Positions 14,882-27,750 of a stretch of DNA of 64,000 nt are shown piece by piece (the first letter of the stretch is position 1; each line of letters starts with the position of its first letter). The notes under the pieces were generated by a model. That model was not told where the DNA came from. It saw nothing but the letters and a program-made list of their open reading frames with translations, and ran no database searches. Source of the stretch: Eledone cirrhosa (lineage: Eukaryota); the NCBI GenBank assembly GCA_964016885.1, contig OZ024744.1, positions 11,904,001 to 11,968,000 of the forward strand. The letters are read 5' to 3'. The translations under genes were made by a program, and so were the position numbers.

Positions 14882-15030
14882 ACCATGCTTTGCAGCATAG
14901 TGATATGGCCCTTTACGTTCTGAGTTAAAATCCTGCCGAGGTTGACTTTGGCTTTACAGGGTCGATAAAATAAAGTACCAGTAATTCACTGGAGTAATTG
15001 CTGGCCTTGTGCCTATAGTAGAAACAATTA
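14882..15030 (+). mobile_element. SINE family A
   Basis: Degenerate B box, body and tail. Confidence 0.8.
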
Positions 15031-15182
15031 TATATATAGAAACATAAAAAACATTCTTATTTATACATAGTCTATATTATATATTATATATTATATCATA
15101 TAGTAAATATTATATATTATATCATATAGTAAATATTATATATTATATCATATAGTCTATATTATATATTATATATTATATA

Positions 15183-16529
15183 GGCATACGTCAAAACGGC
15201 CGGTCGCAAAAGTGAAACTAATTTTTGACAGTTACGTACGTCATTACTTTCAATTTGGATTGTGAATTTGTTTGTTTTTTTACAACAGGTCTCAATAGTG
15301 AAATTGAATTTTGTTGATGATGTTAATTAGTATAACGTGTACGTGATATTTTTTTTTTTGTGTATTGTGTGTACGGAAAATTTTTTTTTAAATAATGACA
15401 TTGTGTGTTGAAATAAATAAATATTGAAAATCCTTATTACACCCTATAAATAGCTGAAATACAGTTGATCATCTCGCCAAACTTGTTGGCACCAATTCTC
15501 TGTCGCCAAAGAAATTAAGGTAGGGTCATAAGAAGGACACAGAATGATAAGATATTTGGGTCAGAGGGGCAGCTTGGGGTCAGAAAGGCAGATTGGCGTC
15601 AGAAGGGCTGGGAAAAATTTGTTTTTTTTTTAAACGAAGCACCGAAGGGCTGGATTGTAATACAGTGTCACATCAAATATGGCTGGACGAGTGTATGGTC
15701 GCGTTACCTTAGTTGAAGATATTTTGGATACCAATGCTATTTTTAATCGTTTTGAAACAGTGTATACACTGTTCCCGGTGATACACGGTGACACGTTGTG
15801 TATGTTACAGTGGTTGGCGAGTCGGCGTCTGTTGGCGAACAGTGTGAATTGTCCTGTCTGCAATGAGGCGTGCACATTGCAAAGAAATTCTGAGGGGATT
15901 GATAAATGGAGATGGCGATGCGCCCGCGACAAATTAGTCAATCGGTGCGACGGAATCTTTATTTTATCGAAGCCGTGTTCGACTCGAACACCTTATTGGC
16001 ATTATCTATATGTGGTGCTACGATCATGCCCAAACTGAGATGATGAGAGAAACAGGACTTAACAAGCCGACAACTATAGACTGGTGCAATTTCCTTAGAG
16101 AAATTTGTGAGCAGTATTTGGAGGCGAATCCTCAAAAGCTTGGAGGATTCGATAACAAGTTTGGCGAGATGATCAACTGTATTTCAGCTATTTATAGGGT
16201 GTAATAAGGATTTTCATAAGGTACGTCAATTTATATTTTATATGCAACAAACGTATAACTATGTAGTTATTTAAAAAAATAAAATTTTATTTCTTTCAAC
16301 ACACAATGTCATTATTTAAAAAAAAAATTTCCGTACACACAATACTCAAAAAAAATATATATATATCACGTACACGCAATACTAATTAACACCATCAACA
16401 AAATTCACTTTCACTATTGAGACCTGTTGTAAAAAAACAAACAAATTCACAATCCAAATTGAAAATAATGACGTACGTAACTGTCAAAAATTAGTTTCAC
16501 TTTTGCGACCGGCCGTTTTGACGTATGCC
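15183..16529 (+). mobile_element. Merlin (IS1595/ISXO2-related) DNA transposon, internally deleted
   Basis: TIRs GGCATACGTCAAAACGGCCGGTCGC... about 300 bp long; 9-bp direct flank TATTATATA on both sides; transposase remnant inside. Confidence 0.88.
15679..16204 (+). pseudogene. Merlin transposase remnant (N-terminal Zn-ribbon/HTH region; DDE core deleted)
   Basis: LL...CP.C...D.W.WRC and TTIDWCNFLREIC..KLGG are fused directly to the C-terminal 17 codons. Confidence 0.8.
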
Positions 16530-16534
16530 TATTA

Positions 16535-16565
<31 letters not shown>

Positions 16566-16864
16566 CACATACTGAATTCATCCGCCAAAAATAAGGGTTG
16601 TCTCCCTTGTCGAGCCCCACGTGGGTATTGGTAACGGTCAATCCTTGGCCTGGCACTTGAACTAAAAGCCTGTTGAGAAAGTGACGTCCTTGTTCAATCA
16701 TCTTACCAAAAGCTTAACATTATTTGTCTAAGCGGACAGTACTTGATTTAGGAGTCGCAGAAACTCAGATGCTAGATTTTCACCAACCATCCAGGGGGTC
16801 GGGTAAATTTTTCAATCATATTTTTATTATTTGTTTGACCCGAATTACTTGGTCGTTTCTATGG

Positions 16865-16962
16865 GTGTGCTGATAATGGTTTAACCATTGTCTCAGTGTG
16901 TTTGGCCTGTTAACGTATGTTGTAGCTCTGGTTCGTTAGAATCTATTGAACGCTTGCCACAC
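16865..16962 (+). ncRNA. Degenerate type I hammerhead with long stem II, in a PLE-like tail (~16570-17020)
   Basis: GTGTG CTGATAA ...ATT GAAC GCTTG C CACAC. The downstream end resembles 35680-35730. Confidence 0.4.
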
Positions 16963-17021
16963 ATCTCAGAAGTTGTTTTTCGCTAATTTCCAATAGCCAA
17001 AATACGATTCTCGGTAATTTA

Positions 17022-17060
<39 letters not shown>

Positions 17061-17062
<2 letters not shown>

Positions 17063-17212
17063 TGGCTGCCAACTCGTTTTCGAGTACGGCCACTACTTTA
17101 TATCCATGTAAGAGAACCCCTACCGATGCGCTGAACGAGTGTGACTTTTTAGTCCAGCCAGTGACTTGAAAACTCTGGTACAAACACTACACTTGTGACA
17201 ATTATTGACACA
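17061..17212 (-). repeat. Partial copy of dispersed repeat B
   Basis: Matches 21050-21200 and 44037-44187. Confidence 0.85.
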
Positions 17213-17278
17213 TATATATATATATACATACATATATATATATTATTGACACACACACATATATATATATATATAAAA

Positions 17279-17399
17279 TTATTCTGATGAAATGATAGTT
17301 GATAATAACATTGAAATATTGAGTGTCTGCATAATTAATACTTAGTAGATAGCACCTGTTTTCAGGTTATGTAACTGTTATTGAAACACGTGTCAATAA
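17279..17399 (+). ncRNA. Type I hammerhead with extended stem II (5' pLTR)
   Basis: TTATT CTGATGA AATGATAGTT...AACTGTTATT GAAA CACGTG TC AATAA. Confidence 0.88.
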
Positions 17400-17602
17400 A
17401 TTCCTTTTAACTGAACTGTATCCATTTAAATCCTTCTATTTTCTCCGGATTATTTTTGAAACTACAACTGGAGCCGTCGAGCAAACTCTACGTGAGCTGT
17501 CCATCTACTGTGTGTAATATTCATATTACAACACTACGGAAAATACTATATATTTACCTCCTGTAAAGTTGAGCAACCCACACAGCAAACGTAACCACAA
17601 CA

Positions 17603-19991
17603 ATGGAAAAGCACTACCTGGATATGTCACTCAAAAACATACCAACCCAAGGTAGAAAGGAATACTTATTGAGTATGATACAAAAAACAAATGAATTCAT
17701 TCGACGTGTCAGGTGGAAAACGCTCCACTATGATAGAAGCCGTATGAACTCACCATCAGAAAGTGGTGTAAACAACAAATTTGGTTTTAGAACGTGTAAA
17801 AACCCACCCACTAACCCACTATTAGATGCATTTGAGCAGGACCTTATGGACTTAATCCTTAAAATTAAATTCAAAGGACGTAACACCAACAACAATCTGC
17901 AGAAAGATATTAAAAAACTACTGGACGACCTTAAAAACACCAAAGGAATTGTAGTAAAAGCGGACAAAACATCTAACCTGTATACTATGGACTGCACTAC
18001 ATACAACAACTTCATTCGAAAAGAATTACATAAAAAATATAGAAAAATGAGTGAAGTAATTCTTAAGCACATCAATGATGAGGCATGCGAAATAGTGAAA
18101 AATCTCGGAATCGAAGATAGGACAGGACCACTCTTACCGGCGGTACCCACCTTCAATCTTAAGGACCATAAGGTAAACTTTGATAATGACCCTAAAATTA
18201 GATTAATCTGCCCCTCTAAATCAGATATAGGTAAAATAAGCAAATATATCTTAGATAGAATCATCCCCCAAATTAAGGCTAAGGTTAACATTAAACTCTG
18301 GGGGAAGACCCAAGAAGCAATAAGATGGTTTAATAGCATTAGCAATAAGAATAAATCTAAGTTTATCCAGTTTGATATCGACGAATATTACCCATCAATA
18401 TCACCTGAAACTCTGAATAGAGCCATTAAGTTTGCTAAGGATAACTCTGGCCTTACAAACGAAGAAATTAAGATTATATTAGAAGCTAGGAAAACTATAG
18501 TCAAATTTGAGAACAGTTATTGGGTTCGTAAAGATAGACCCTCTAACTTTGACATAACAATGGGCTCTAACGATTCGGCGGAAATAACTGATATTGTGGG
18601 GTTATTTATCGCCTTTAGACTCCAGGAAAAATTCAGTAATCTCCACGGTGGAATATACCGCGACGATGTTCTCCTCCTAGTTAAAAACCTAAATAACCAA
18701 AAAACTAGAAAAACTACGCAAAGATATAAGAAAACTACTACTTGAAATAGGACTAACTATAACATATGAATACAACCTTAAAGTAGTTAACTTCCTGGAT
18801 GTCACACTCAATTTAAACTCTGGTCTGATTAAACAGTTTCATAAATTGAATGAAAATCTCAAGTACGTAAATGTTGGGTCTAACCATCCCATCTCTATAA
18901 TTAAATCTATCCCTAAAAATATTTCCCTTAGAATCTCGGGTCTATCTTCTAACATACAAGTATTTAAGGAACACGCCGAGTACTAGGATAACGCCCTTAG
19001 TAAAGCAGGCTACCTCAACAAAATAGAGTATATAGATGAAAACAATCAAAACACCCAAAATAAATCCCACATAGGTAGATATAATAACACAACACCAAAC
19101 CACACTTACTACCATAGTATACACACCAGTAAACCAACAAACAAAACTAATAGAAAGCGATGCAAAGAGTACTTATGGTATAACCCTGAATACAGTAGTT
19201 CCATTAGTACAAATTTACCAGTACTCTTCTTTAAAATAGTTAAGAGACATTTTCCTACATCACACAAATACCACAAAATCCTAAACCCTACCACTATAAG
19301 ACTGTCATACTCTACAGCGTTAAACCTCGAACAACACATAAAAAAGATCAATACTAGAAGGTTAAACGAAAACACTAAAAACTTAAGTACAAAGAACACA
19401 AAAAAAACAGTAGACAATACACTACAGAACATAAATAAACCACACCTAAGTTCATCCGCAATACTACTCCAGAGTAAACCTAACTACAAAACCAACCTAC
19501 ACAACTGGAACTGCACCTATCCTGACAATTGCCCCCTCAGCAATAACTGTCTGGAAAAAAATATCATCTATAAGTGTACCATTGAATCCGGAGGCAACGA
19601 GTGGTATTACGTGGGATCAACGGCAACATCGTTTAAATCACGATTGTATAGGCATTCTTACTCAATAAAACACCAGAGCCAAAGAAATGTAACAACTTTA
19701 GCAGAAACAGCTTGGACGCTCAGGGATAGCGATCAAAAGTTTACCCTAAAATGGGAGAAATTAGCTAAAACCCAAAGCTTTTCCAGGAGCCAAAAATTCT
19801 GCAAATTGTGTAATCTTGAGATTTATTACATAATCACACACAAGAAGAAATTGCTTAATAACAGAATTGAACGAACATTATTCTGCCGTCACCGAAATAA
19901 AACCCTTTTTTTCCCACTACAAGCTGAATATTACATAAAAGAGGGACATCCCCCCAACTATATAAACCTCAATCTAGTTAGAAAAATATAA
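17603..19991 (+). pseudogene. Naiad-type PLE RT/GIY-YIG protein, disrupted
   Basis: SLKNIP..FIRRVRWK, FDI..YYPSI, MGS..SAEI.D, GIYRDD, NFLDV, SNHP, CPL..CL..NIIYKC..YVG, C.LC.LE, CRH. +1 frameshift in the A-run near 18700 and TAG at ~18984. Confidence 0.9.
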
Positions 19992-20213
19992 AAACAATCT
20001 CTTCTCCACATATATATGTATATTAATAACCTTAAATTACCACACTAATAATGGAAAGATATGCTGATGAGAATAGGTGCGAATATGCTATAATGAATGT
20101 GTCAAAAAGCGACCATATGTTTGTATATATATGTGAAAATGTATATAAATAAGTAAATATATATATATGTTTGATGTGTATAGTTAGATGTATGTGTATT
20201 CATGTATTAAAGT

Positions 20214-20278
<65 letters not shown>

Positions 20279-20803
20279 GACAGGAGTATGTATGTATATA
20301 TGTGTGTGCTATGAAGATAAGTTGAGTATGAAAATGTATATACATGAATGCGTATGTATGTACATATATATATGTATATATATGTATATATATATATGTG
20401 CAGGTATATATGTATGTAAGTATGAGCATGTAAGTATGTGTATGTGAGTGTAGGTATTTTGTAGAGGTGTGCATATATGTTTGTGTGTGAATATGTGGGC
20501 GAACGGATACGTACACTTGAAAGAAAAATTTAAGTGCGTATGTTAATTCAGTGCAAACACAAAACCAACCAAGCATATCTTTACTATCTCTAATCCTTCT
20601 ATAGATTTAGAAAAATAACCAACGTCAAATTATGTATTCTATAAAAATGTCAAAACAACAGATGGGAATCTAATTACTCACTGCTACCAAAAATTCTCAC
20701 TGCTATCAAAAAAATCTCTATCCACTCCCTTAACTATTCTTCTAAAAACTTCACCCCTCCCACTTAATATTCTCTATAAAAACCAAACAGGTTCTCAATA
20801 AAA

Positions 20804-20924
20804 TTATTCTGATGAAATGATAGTTGATAATAACATTGAAATATTGAGTGTCTGCATAATTAATACTTAGTAGATAGCAGCTGTTTTCAGGTCATGTAAC
20901 TGTTATTGAAACACGTGTCAATAA
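20804..20924 (+). ncRNA. Type I hammerhead with extended stem II (3' pLTR)
   Basis: Same fold as 17279-17399. Confidence 0.88.
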
Positions 20925-20958
20925 ATTCCTTTTAACTGAACTGTATCCATTTAAATCC

Positions 20959-21030
<72 letters not shown>

Positions 21031-21045
21031 GAGTATATATATATA

Positions 21046-21485
21046 TGGTGGTGGCTGCCAACTCGTTTTCTAGTACGGCCACTACTTTATATCCATATAG
21101 GAGAACCCCTACCGATGCGCTGAACGAGTGTGACTTTTTAGTCCAGCCAGCAACTTGAAAACTCTGGTACAAACACTACACTTGTGACAATTATTGACAC
21201 ATAGTGCTGGGACCATGGTACCATGTGACGACAAGTGCAGAGAGATCTCCAGATATAAAGTAATGCCTGTGCCGTGAAGCTTTTATAGTGAGCAAAGGCA
21301 CTGCACAAAGCCAGTCCCACTCTCTTAACCAAGATGATATTTACCAAAAAGAAGAACAAGTCAACATCATTGGATACCATCAGGGTTGCAGGTGTTATAT
21401 CAGAGTTTTCCTTCTCCTAGAATTCTGCCTTGACAAAGGCTAAGGGGTCATCTCTCCCGGTGATTTTGGATGGCCATTGACTCTT
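21046..21485 (-). repeat. Dispersed non-coding repeat B (RTE 5'-region-like)
   Basis: ~435-bp near-identical copy at 44037-44471; minus strand has CTAGGAGAAGGAAAACTC; divergent relative at 53960-54175. Confidence 0.75.
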
Positions 21486-21495
21486 ATATATATTT

Positions 21496-21547
<52 letters not shown>

Positions 21548-21654
21548 TTGCACACACATATATAAATATATGTATGTATATGTATATGTGTGTGTGTATA
21601 TGTATGTACGTATTTATATATATATATGTATATATATATGTATATATATATGTA

Positions 21655-21732
<78 letters not shown>

Positions 21733-22126
21733 CATATATATATATATTTATATATATACAGAGAGAGAGAGAGATGGGGAGAAATGACTCTACAAGACTA
21801 GAACTGTTTCATTCATCAGAAATCATCAGCACTTTCCTGTTCACTCTTACGAATGAAACAGTTTTTCTCCTGTAGAAGTCATTTCTACTGAATATACCCA
21901 CACTCTACTAACGTATTGAGTGCCCTTTTAACATTGGTTGCCTTCCCCCCATTTACTTCAGGATACTACATATTAGATATAACTATGTGTCTATATATAG
22001 ATGCATGTGTATATATATATATATGTGTGTATACATGTATATGTCAATCTGTCTATCTGTTGTATCACACCCCGGATTGGGGACCACATAGTAACAGAAT
22101 ATATAAGAATATGTAATAATATGAAT

Positions 22127-22130
<4 letters not shown>

Positions 22131-22177
<47 letters not shown>

Positions 22178-22386
22178 CAGCTCACACCTTTGTGTGTGTG
22201 TGTGTATGTGTGACAGCTCACACTTGTGTGTGTGTGTGTGTGTGACAGCTCACACCTTTGTGTGTGTGTGACAGCTCCCACCTTTGTGTGTGTGTGTGTG
22301 TGTGACAGCTCACACCTTTGTGTGTGTGTGTATGTGTGACAGCTCACACTTTTGTGTGTGTGTGTGTGTGTGTGACAGCTCACACC

Positions 22387-22430
<44 letters not shown>

Positions 22431-22488
22431 TGTGTGTGACAGCTCACACCTTTGTGTGTGTGTGCGTGTGTGTGTGACAGCTCACACC
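22131..22488. repeat. Compound satellite (GT)n-ACAGCTCACACCTTT, ~9 units
   Basis: Constant motif separated by variable (GT)n. Confidence 0.95.
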
Positions 22489-22559
22489 TATGCAGGTTTA
22501 GTTGGCCTCCTCCAAGGTATATCTCGTTGGAGGTATCTTGGGTAATTTAATGATAGGGA

Positions 22560-22712
22560 CCCCAGTCCCTATCATCTCATTTCTACAGCTGAGTAAACTG
22601 GAGCAATGTGAAATAAAGTGTCTTGCTCAAGGAAACAACACATCACCCGGTCCGAGAATTGAACTCGATTGCAAGCTCAATGCTCTAACCAATAAGCCAT
22701 GTGCCTTCATGT
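22560..22712 (-). mobile_element. tRNA-derived CORE-type SINE
   Basis: A box TGGCTTATTGG, B box GAGTTCAATTC, then TCCTTGAGCAAGACACTT...CTCCAGTT..CTGTAGAAATG. Confidence 0.8.
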
Positions 22713-22936
22713 GAATATTAGGGTATATTGTGTGAAGTATGTCACCCCGAAAGTTGAACCTAATTTAGTTGTGTACCTGTACGCCGTTAACAACCTTTTA
22801 TTCGTGTATTGATATAACGGCATATTGTTTTACCAAATACCCATTTTTTATTGGTTTTCTGATTTTTGAATTTTGATTATTGGTTCCGCAATCAGTATGT
22901 TGATTTTGGTATGGTCCGAAACAGCTGAGTTTTGGA

Positions 22937-23503
22937 ATAGAATAGAAAGAACTAGGAATAAGGCTAATAGAATAAACTCATGGTATGATAGCAATAAATA
23001 CCAGAGTGTAATGTTCATCGATACAACCCCTAGAGGTGAATAAGCTTACAAATTTAGAAGGGCCCTAGATAAACATAAACTCAATATTAAGATAGTAGAA
23101 AGACCAGGTACCTCCATAAAAACACTTATTAGCAAGACATACCCTTTTCAAAGACCTCCCTGTATAGATAAGAAATGTATAACCTGTAAATTAAGCCCCC
23201 ATATTAACTGTAAAACTAGAAATGTAGTATATAGCATAAGATGTACTGAAGGACAATGTAGAGATAAAAATATAGTGTATATAGGTGAGACAGCTCGTAG
23301 TATAGGGGAACGGATAAATGAACACTGGCGAGACCTTCAAGATAATAAAGAATCATCTGTACTCTACCAACATGCTAAAATAGAACATAAGGGTAAATTA
23401 GAGAACATAGAAATAAAAATAGAATCTACACACAGAAAAGACGCAATGTTTAGACAAATCACAGAGGCAATAAACATAAAAGAATTACAACCAAAATTAA
23501 ATA
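22937..23503 (+). pseudogene. PLE GIY-YIG endonuclease fragment (Neptune-like)
   Basis: VMFIDTTP, KIVERPG, Cys cluster, NVVY..C..YIGETARS..ER..EH, RQI.EA..I..P.LN; one in-frame stop. Confidence 0.85.
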
Positions 23504-23590
23504 CTACATTTCTAGTTTTACAGTTAATATGGGGGCTTAATTTACAGGTTATACATTTCTTATCTATACAGGGAGGTCTTTGAAAAGGGT

Positions 23591-23790
23591 ATGGTACGGG
23601 TGATGAGAAACGTGTCCCGCATGTGCAACCCCGAAGAACTAGAGAGACACATACAACACTTCATCCACCGTATGCAGTTCTCTGGTTACAATCAGAGAGA
23701 TAAAATCAGAGTGTATAGAGGAGCCAGAACCAAATGGGAAAAAATGGTAAATAATGCCACAAATGGGACCTGCCCCTTGTATAGGAACAA
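23591..23790 (+). pseudogene. PLE RT thumb/linker fragment
   Basis: RVMRN.S...F..RMQFSGY...PLYR pattern. Confidence 0.65.
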
Positions 23791-24051
23791 ACATACGTAC
23801 GAACCTACATACGTACGAACCCGCATACTCACACAGACGCAAAACTCCCGTATACACATAGCTGAAACATATGTACCATATATTTTAAAATGTTATACGC
23901 CATAACAATCAAATATACGTACGAGAAGGTATACGTACCTTCACAAAACATACGGATAATATATACTTACCTATGCAAATAAGTAAAGGTATAAACAAAA
24001 CATATACTTAGCTCCCACATCGAGACGTAAAATATCCACGTATAGATCGTA

Positions 24052-24975
24052 CTATCCGTTAGGGTATAACGTGGGGCTGTAATACAGGAAAGTTTTGTGC
24101 AATTTATGTTTACAAGCCGAAATTGCCTCAGATTTTTTGTTTAAGATGTGGTCTGTGGCGTAGAGTATTTCCAGGGCCTCAGCGGCGCAGAAGTCACATG
24201 GTCTTTTATTTCCGTTATACGATCTAGTCCTAGCTAGGATCTCCCAGTGTAACTTATATTGGGTGTGGTTGTCTTTTAGACTCCAGATATAAGCTGAAAG
24301 TGACGTCATATTCCTTCTTAGAGGGTAACGAAAAGAATGGGTATGCATGTAAAGACGCTGCTTGAATCTATTGGCGGTTAACTCTGTGTAGGCCCTACGG
24401 GACGTGGGTGTTACAACCTTACATTTGTAGACAATGTTACTAGAGAGGCATTTCCCGGATAGGGGGCAATCAACCCGATTCCTACAATTACAGTTAGTAC
24501 TAACTACAGGGTTGCACGTGTTCCTACGGCTAGGTAGTTTAGCTAAATTTGAAGCTGTGATGTTATGTGCAAGGTTAGGAGTCGTAGAGTAAGAAATTTT
24601 AATAGTATTTGTATTAAAAATTTTACTATATTTATGTGTAGGGGGAAAATGCTTCGTAATAAGGGAAAGAAAGATCTTAGCTAATGGTGTGGCCACCTCC
24701 ATATTATATGGTGGGTTATACCAACAAATGCGACGGGATCTATTTCTTCTAGGTCTATTTTCGTACTCTGTATATGCTACCTTATCGACAAATCCACTTC
24801 GAGCAAGAGCTTCATTGTAATAAGTGGAATGGTCGTTGAAAATACGCTCGTTGGTGGAAAGACGGGAAAGCCTCAACGAAACGTTTCTTACCAGGTTCTT
24901 GGTTATGCTGGCAGGATGGTTGGAATGCTTACTTATGTAATTAAGCGTATCATTCGGCTTTCTATACGGGTAATA
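24052..24975 (-). pseudogene. Second Naiad-type PLE, 5'-truncated (thumb + GIY-YIG)
   Basis: PYRKPN..SNHP, WYNPPY, KIFN.NTIKISYS, CNCR..CPL.GKCL..NIVYKC, CKH. Confidence 0.9.
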
Positions 24976-25159
24976 CACAAGCATACGCAAAAACTTACCA
25001 TAGGTAAACAAAACCACGCACATATAAATATGTGTGTGTGTGTAAGCGTGTATACAAATAAATAAATAATTATATAAACGTATATGCTTGTGTATGTACG
25101 TTTCTGTTTGCGTGTATGTATTTATTTACTTCTATTACTTCTGATTTGTATTTATTTAC

Positions 25160-25480
25160 TTTGTTCTTAACTCCGTAGCGGAGATTCATTCGGTCTCCTA
25201 GTTAGAAATTAGTCTACGACTTCTGCTATACCATTTACGTGGTTTTGTCTTTGCGTGCTATTGTTCTCCATGCTCCACATATGACGTATTATCTTCGTTT
25301 TTTTCGTTCATCGCCAGAGAACGTCTCTATGAACCACCTAAGAGAACATTAGTCTACGACTTCTTTTATACCATAAACGTGGTTCTGTCTTTGCGCGTAA
25401 TTGTTTTTCACCGCTCCTATTAATGACGTATTATATTCGTTTTTTCCCGTTCTTAGCCAGCGAACGTTTCCACGAACCAA
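25160..25480. repeat. Dispersed repeat with internal ~140-bp diverged tandem duplication
   Basis: TTAGTCTACGACTTCT at 25209 and 25349; the 5' part recurs at 38180-38255. Confidence 0.75.
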
Positions 25481-25557
25481 AATATCGTCTTCCTGTCTTC
25501 CTCCGGTTGCAACGTTTTTTGAAATATCCACTTCTGCGTTTACAGATTGACTTTGTT

Positions 25558-25608
25558 AGTTTCAGAAGATCCCGTTAAGGGTGAAAGCAGCGATTCTTTG
25601 CTTAAACT
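25558..25608 (+). ncRNA. Type I hammerhead, core variant (relatives at ~30975-31020 and 36288-36316)
   Basis: AGTTT CAGAAGA tCCC-gttaa-GGGt GAAA GCA..TGC TT AAACT; position U4 is A. Confidence 0.65.
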
Positions 25609-25622
25609 TTAATCTGTTATTT

Positions 25623-25715
25623 TAATAAATATTTGCTCTACAGTTCTTATATATTTGATATATATCTATCCTTATCGAGCCCTCTTTGGATTTTAGTCTT
25701 CAAATTTATTATTAT

Positions 25716-25779
<64 letters not shown>

Positions 25780-25808
25780 GTTTATATATATATATAAATG
25801 TTTATACA

Positions 25809-25842
<34 letters not shown>

Positions 25843-25938
25843 GTAATGATAATAAATTTCAAGACTAAAATCCAAAGAGGGCTCGATAAGGATAAATATA
25901 TATCAAATATATAAGAACCGTAGAGCAAATATTTATTA
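25623..25938. repeat. Tail-to-tail inverted repeat centred on (TA)n
   Basis: 25623-25720 is the reverse complement of 25840-25938. Confidence 0.92.
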
Positions 25939-26505
25939 TTCTGTTATTTTAATAAATATATATATGTGTGTGTGTGTGTGTATGTATATACATACGTGTG
26001 TGTGTATGTATATATATATATTTTGTTTATGTATATGTAGATATGTGTATATATATATATATGTGTGTGTGTGTGTGGCTGTGTGTGTGTGAGCGTGTGT
26101 GCGTGTGTGTGTGTGTACATGTATATGTAGTGAAGTCAGTTGTGTGAGAATGGTAAGGTAGCAGTAACTGACAAACAATTATATGTGATGGCAGGTGATG
26201 CCTGAAAGAATACGGCAGTTTCACCAGGTAATGGACTAATGACAGTTGGTAGAAAGATGTTGATGATGGCATTGTTGAACCAATGAAAAGGCCGAAATAG
26301 CAGGATGCTAATATGTACTACAGATAAATAACAGCTGAGATGTTTGAACACACAAAACATATCTGAAGATCCTTCAACTTCAGAGTCGGGTTCGATCTGC
26401 AACAGATCTTGTCTCGAGCTGATCAACGGAGAAACATGTGTAATATATTAATAAATGTGATATGATGCAACACTGATACCCCTTTCTTTATAATATATGT
26501 ATATA

Positions 26506-27163
26506 TGTAGCGAAATCTGTCCACGTCTTGAACCTTGGATGACACCTTGAGATCAAACTCTAGGTCATCACGTTTTTGGTGTGAACAGGTTCAGGTGTGG
26601 GCTATCCCCTCAAGGTGGGAGACAGAAAGCGACAGGTATATAAAGCCTATATTTTCCCTCCTTACATACAGAGAGATCGGAGCACCACGATACAGACAAG
26701 CTACTATGTGAAAGATTCACCGCTATCTTCAAGCCCCAGACGTCTACAGACATACAGAGAGATCGGAGCACCACTATACAGACAAGCTACTATGTGAAAG
26801 ATTCACCGCTATCTTCAAGCCCCAGACGTCTACAGACATACAGAGAGATCGGAGCACCACGATACAGACAAGCTACTATGTGAAAGATTCACCGCTATCT
26901 TCAAGCCTCCTGGTCGGAGACTAAACCAGACTCACGAAGAGAACTACTACCACTGACTGCAACCACCAACAAACTTTATCAGCTCGCTCGCTGTAATCAC
27001 ATCAACAACAAAATAACATTGTCAACCTTCGCAAATTGTGGTAACTTGATTATTGTTCTTTTTGTCTCAAGTGAAGTAAACCTTTTTATATCTGAAATAA
27101 ATCATTTATTCTTGTTATTTCATCTAATAACCATGTTAATCATTTAACAATTTCTTACTTACA
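26506..27163 (+). mobile_element. Probable solo LTR containing 2.8 x 86-bp tandem repeats (26664-26907)
   Basis: TGTA...TACA ends, TATATAAA at ~26637, AATAAA at ~27096; no clear TSD. Confidence 0.5.
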
Positions 27164-27249
27164 CTCTTCGTTAAATATATCTGTGTGTGTCTCTGTGTTT
27201 GTGTGTATATATACATATGTATGTATGTATATACATGTATGTGTACAGA

Positions 27250-27334
<85 letters not shown>

Positions 27335-27340
<6 letters not shown>

Positions 27341-27630
27341 CTATTTCGTTTTTGAATCTGTTTTGCAAGATTTCTTATCTGAAAACGTGTGTTGAAACAG
27401 ATATTGTTATACTACAAAAACAAGATGGTGTAGGACAGAACAAATATAGACACAAAATAAAAACCTCGTCACTAAGGAGGTCACAGAATGTGTGACGAAA
27501 GTGCTTTGACAATATATAAACAACCAACTGGTTATTGAACCAGCCAACCAACTGGAGATTTACAATAAAGTGAAGTGAAAACCAACAGGTGTGTGTGTGT
27601 TTTTATTGGCAACATGACCCTCCCAAAGTA
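27335..27630. repeat. PLE-like terminal fragment with decayed hammerhead; relative of 48770-49100
   Basis: GTCA CTAAGGA GGTCACA..TGTGAC GAAA GTGC TT TGAC at ~27468-27510. 27335-27412 is inverted relative to 49030-49100. Confidence 0.7.
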
Positions 27631-27750
27631 TATATATATATATATATATATAAGTGGAAGGGATATTTAATTTGTTGGAAATTCAACAAATATAAATGTT
27701 TATAACTGATTCAGAACACTCGACAAGTTTCTGGAGTAAATATTCATTGA

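Larger units (their letters stand above)
17274..20963 (+). mobile_element. Full-length Penelope-like element (Naiad-type) with direct pseudo-LTRs 17274-17438 and 20798-20963, in (TA)n
   Basis: ~165-bp near-identical direct repeats, each with a hammerhead; RT plus GIY-YIG ORF between; (TA)n flanks. Confidence 0.92.

Noticed and set aside
17603-19991. Selenocysteine recoding, known in some Naiad elements
   Set aside because: The disruptions are a homopolymer frameshift and a TAG. I saw no in-frame TGA at Cys positions here or in 24052-25023.
22131-22488. CRISPR-like constant repeats with variable spacers
   Set aside because: The spacers are only (GT)n, the context is eukaryotic, and there are no cas genes.
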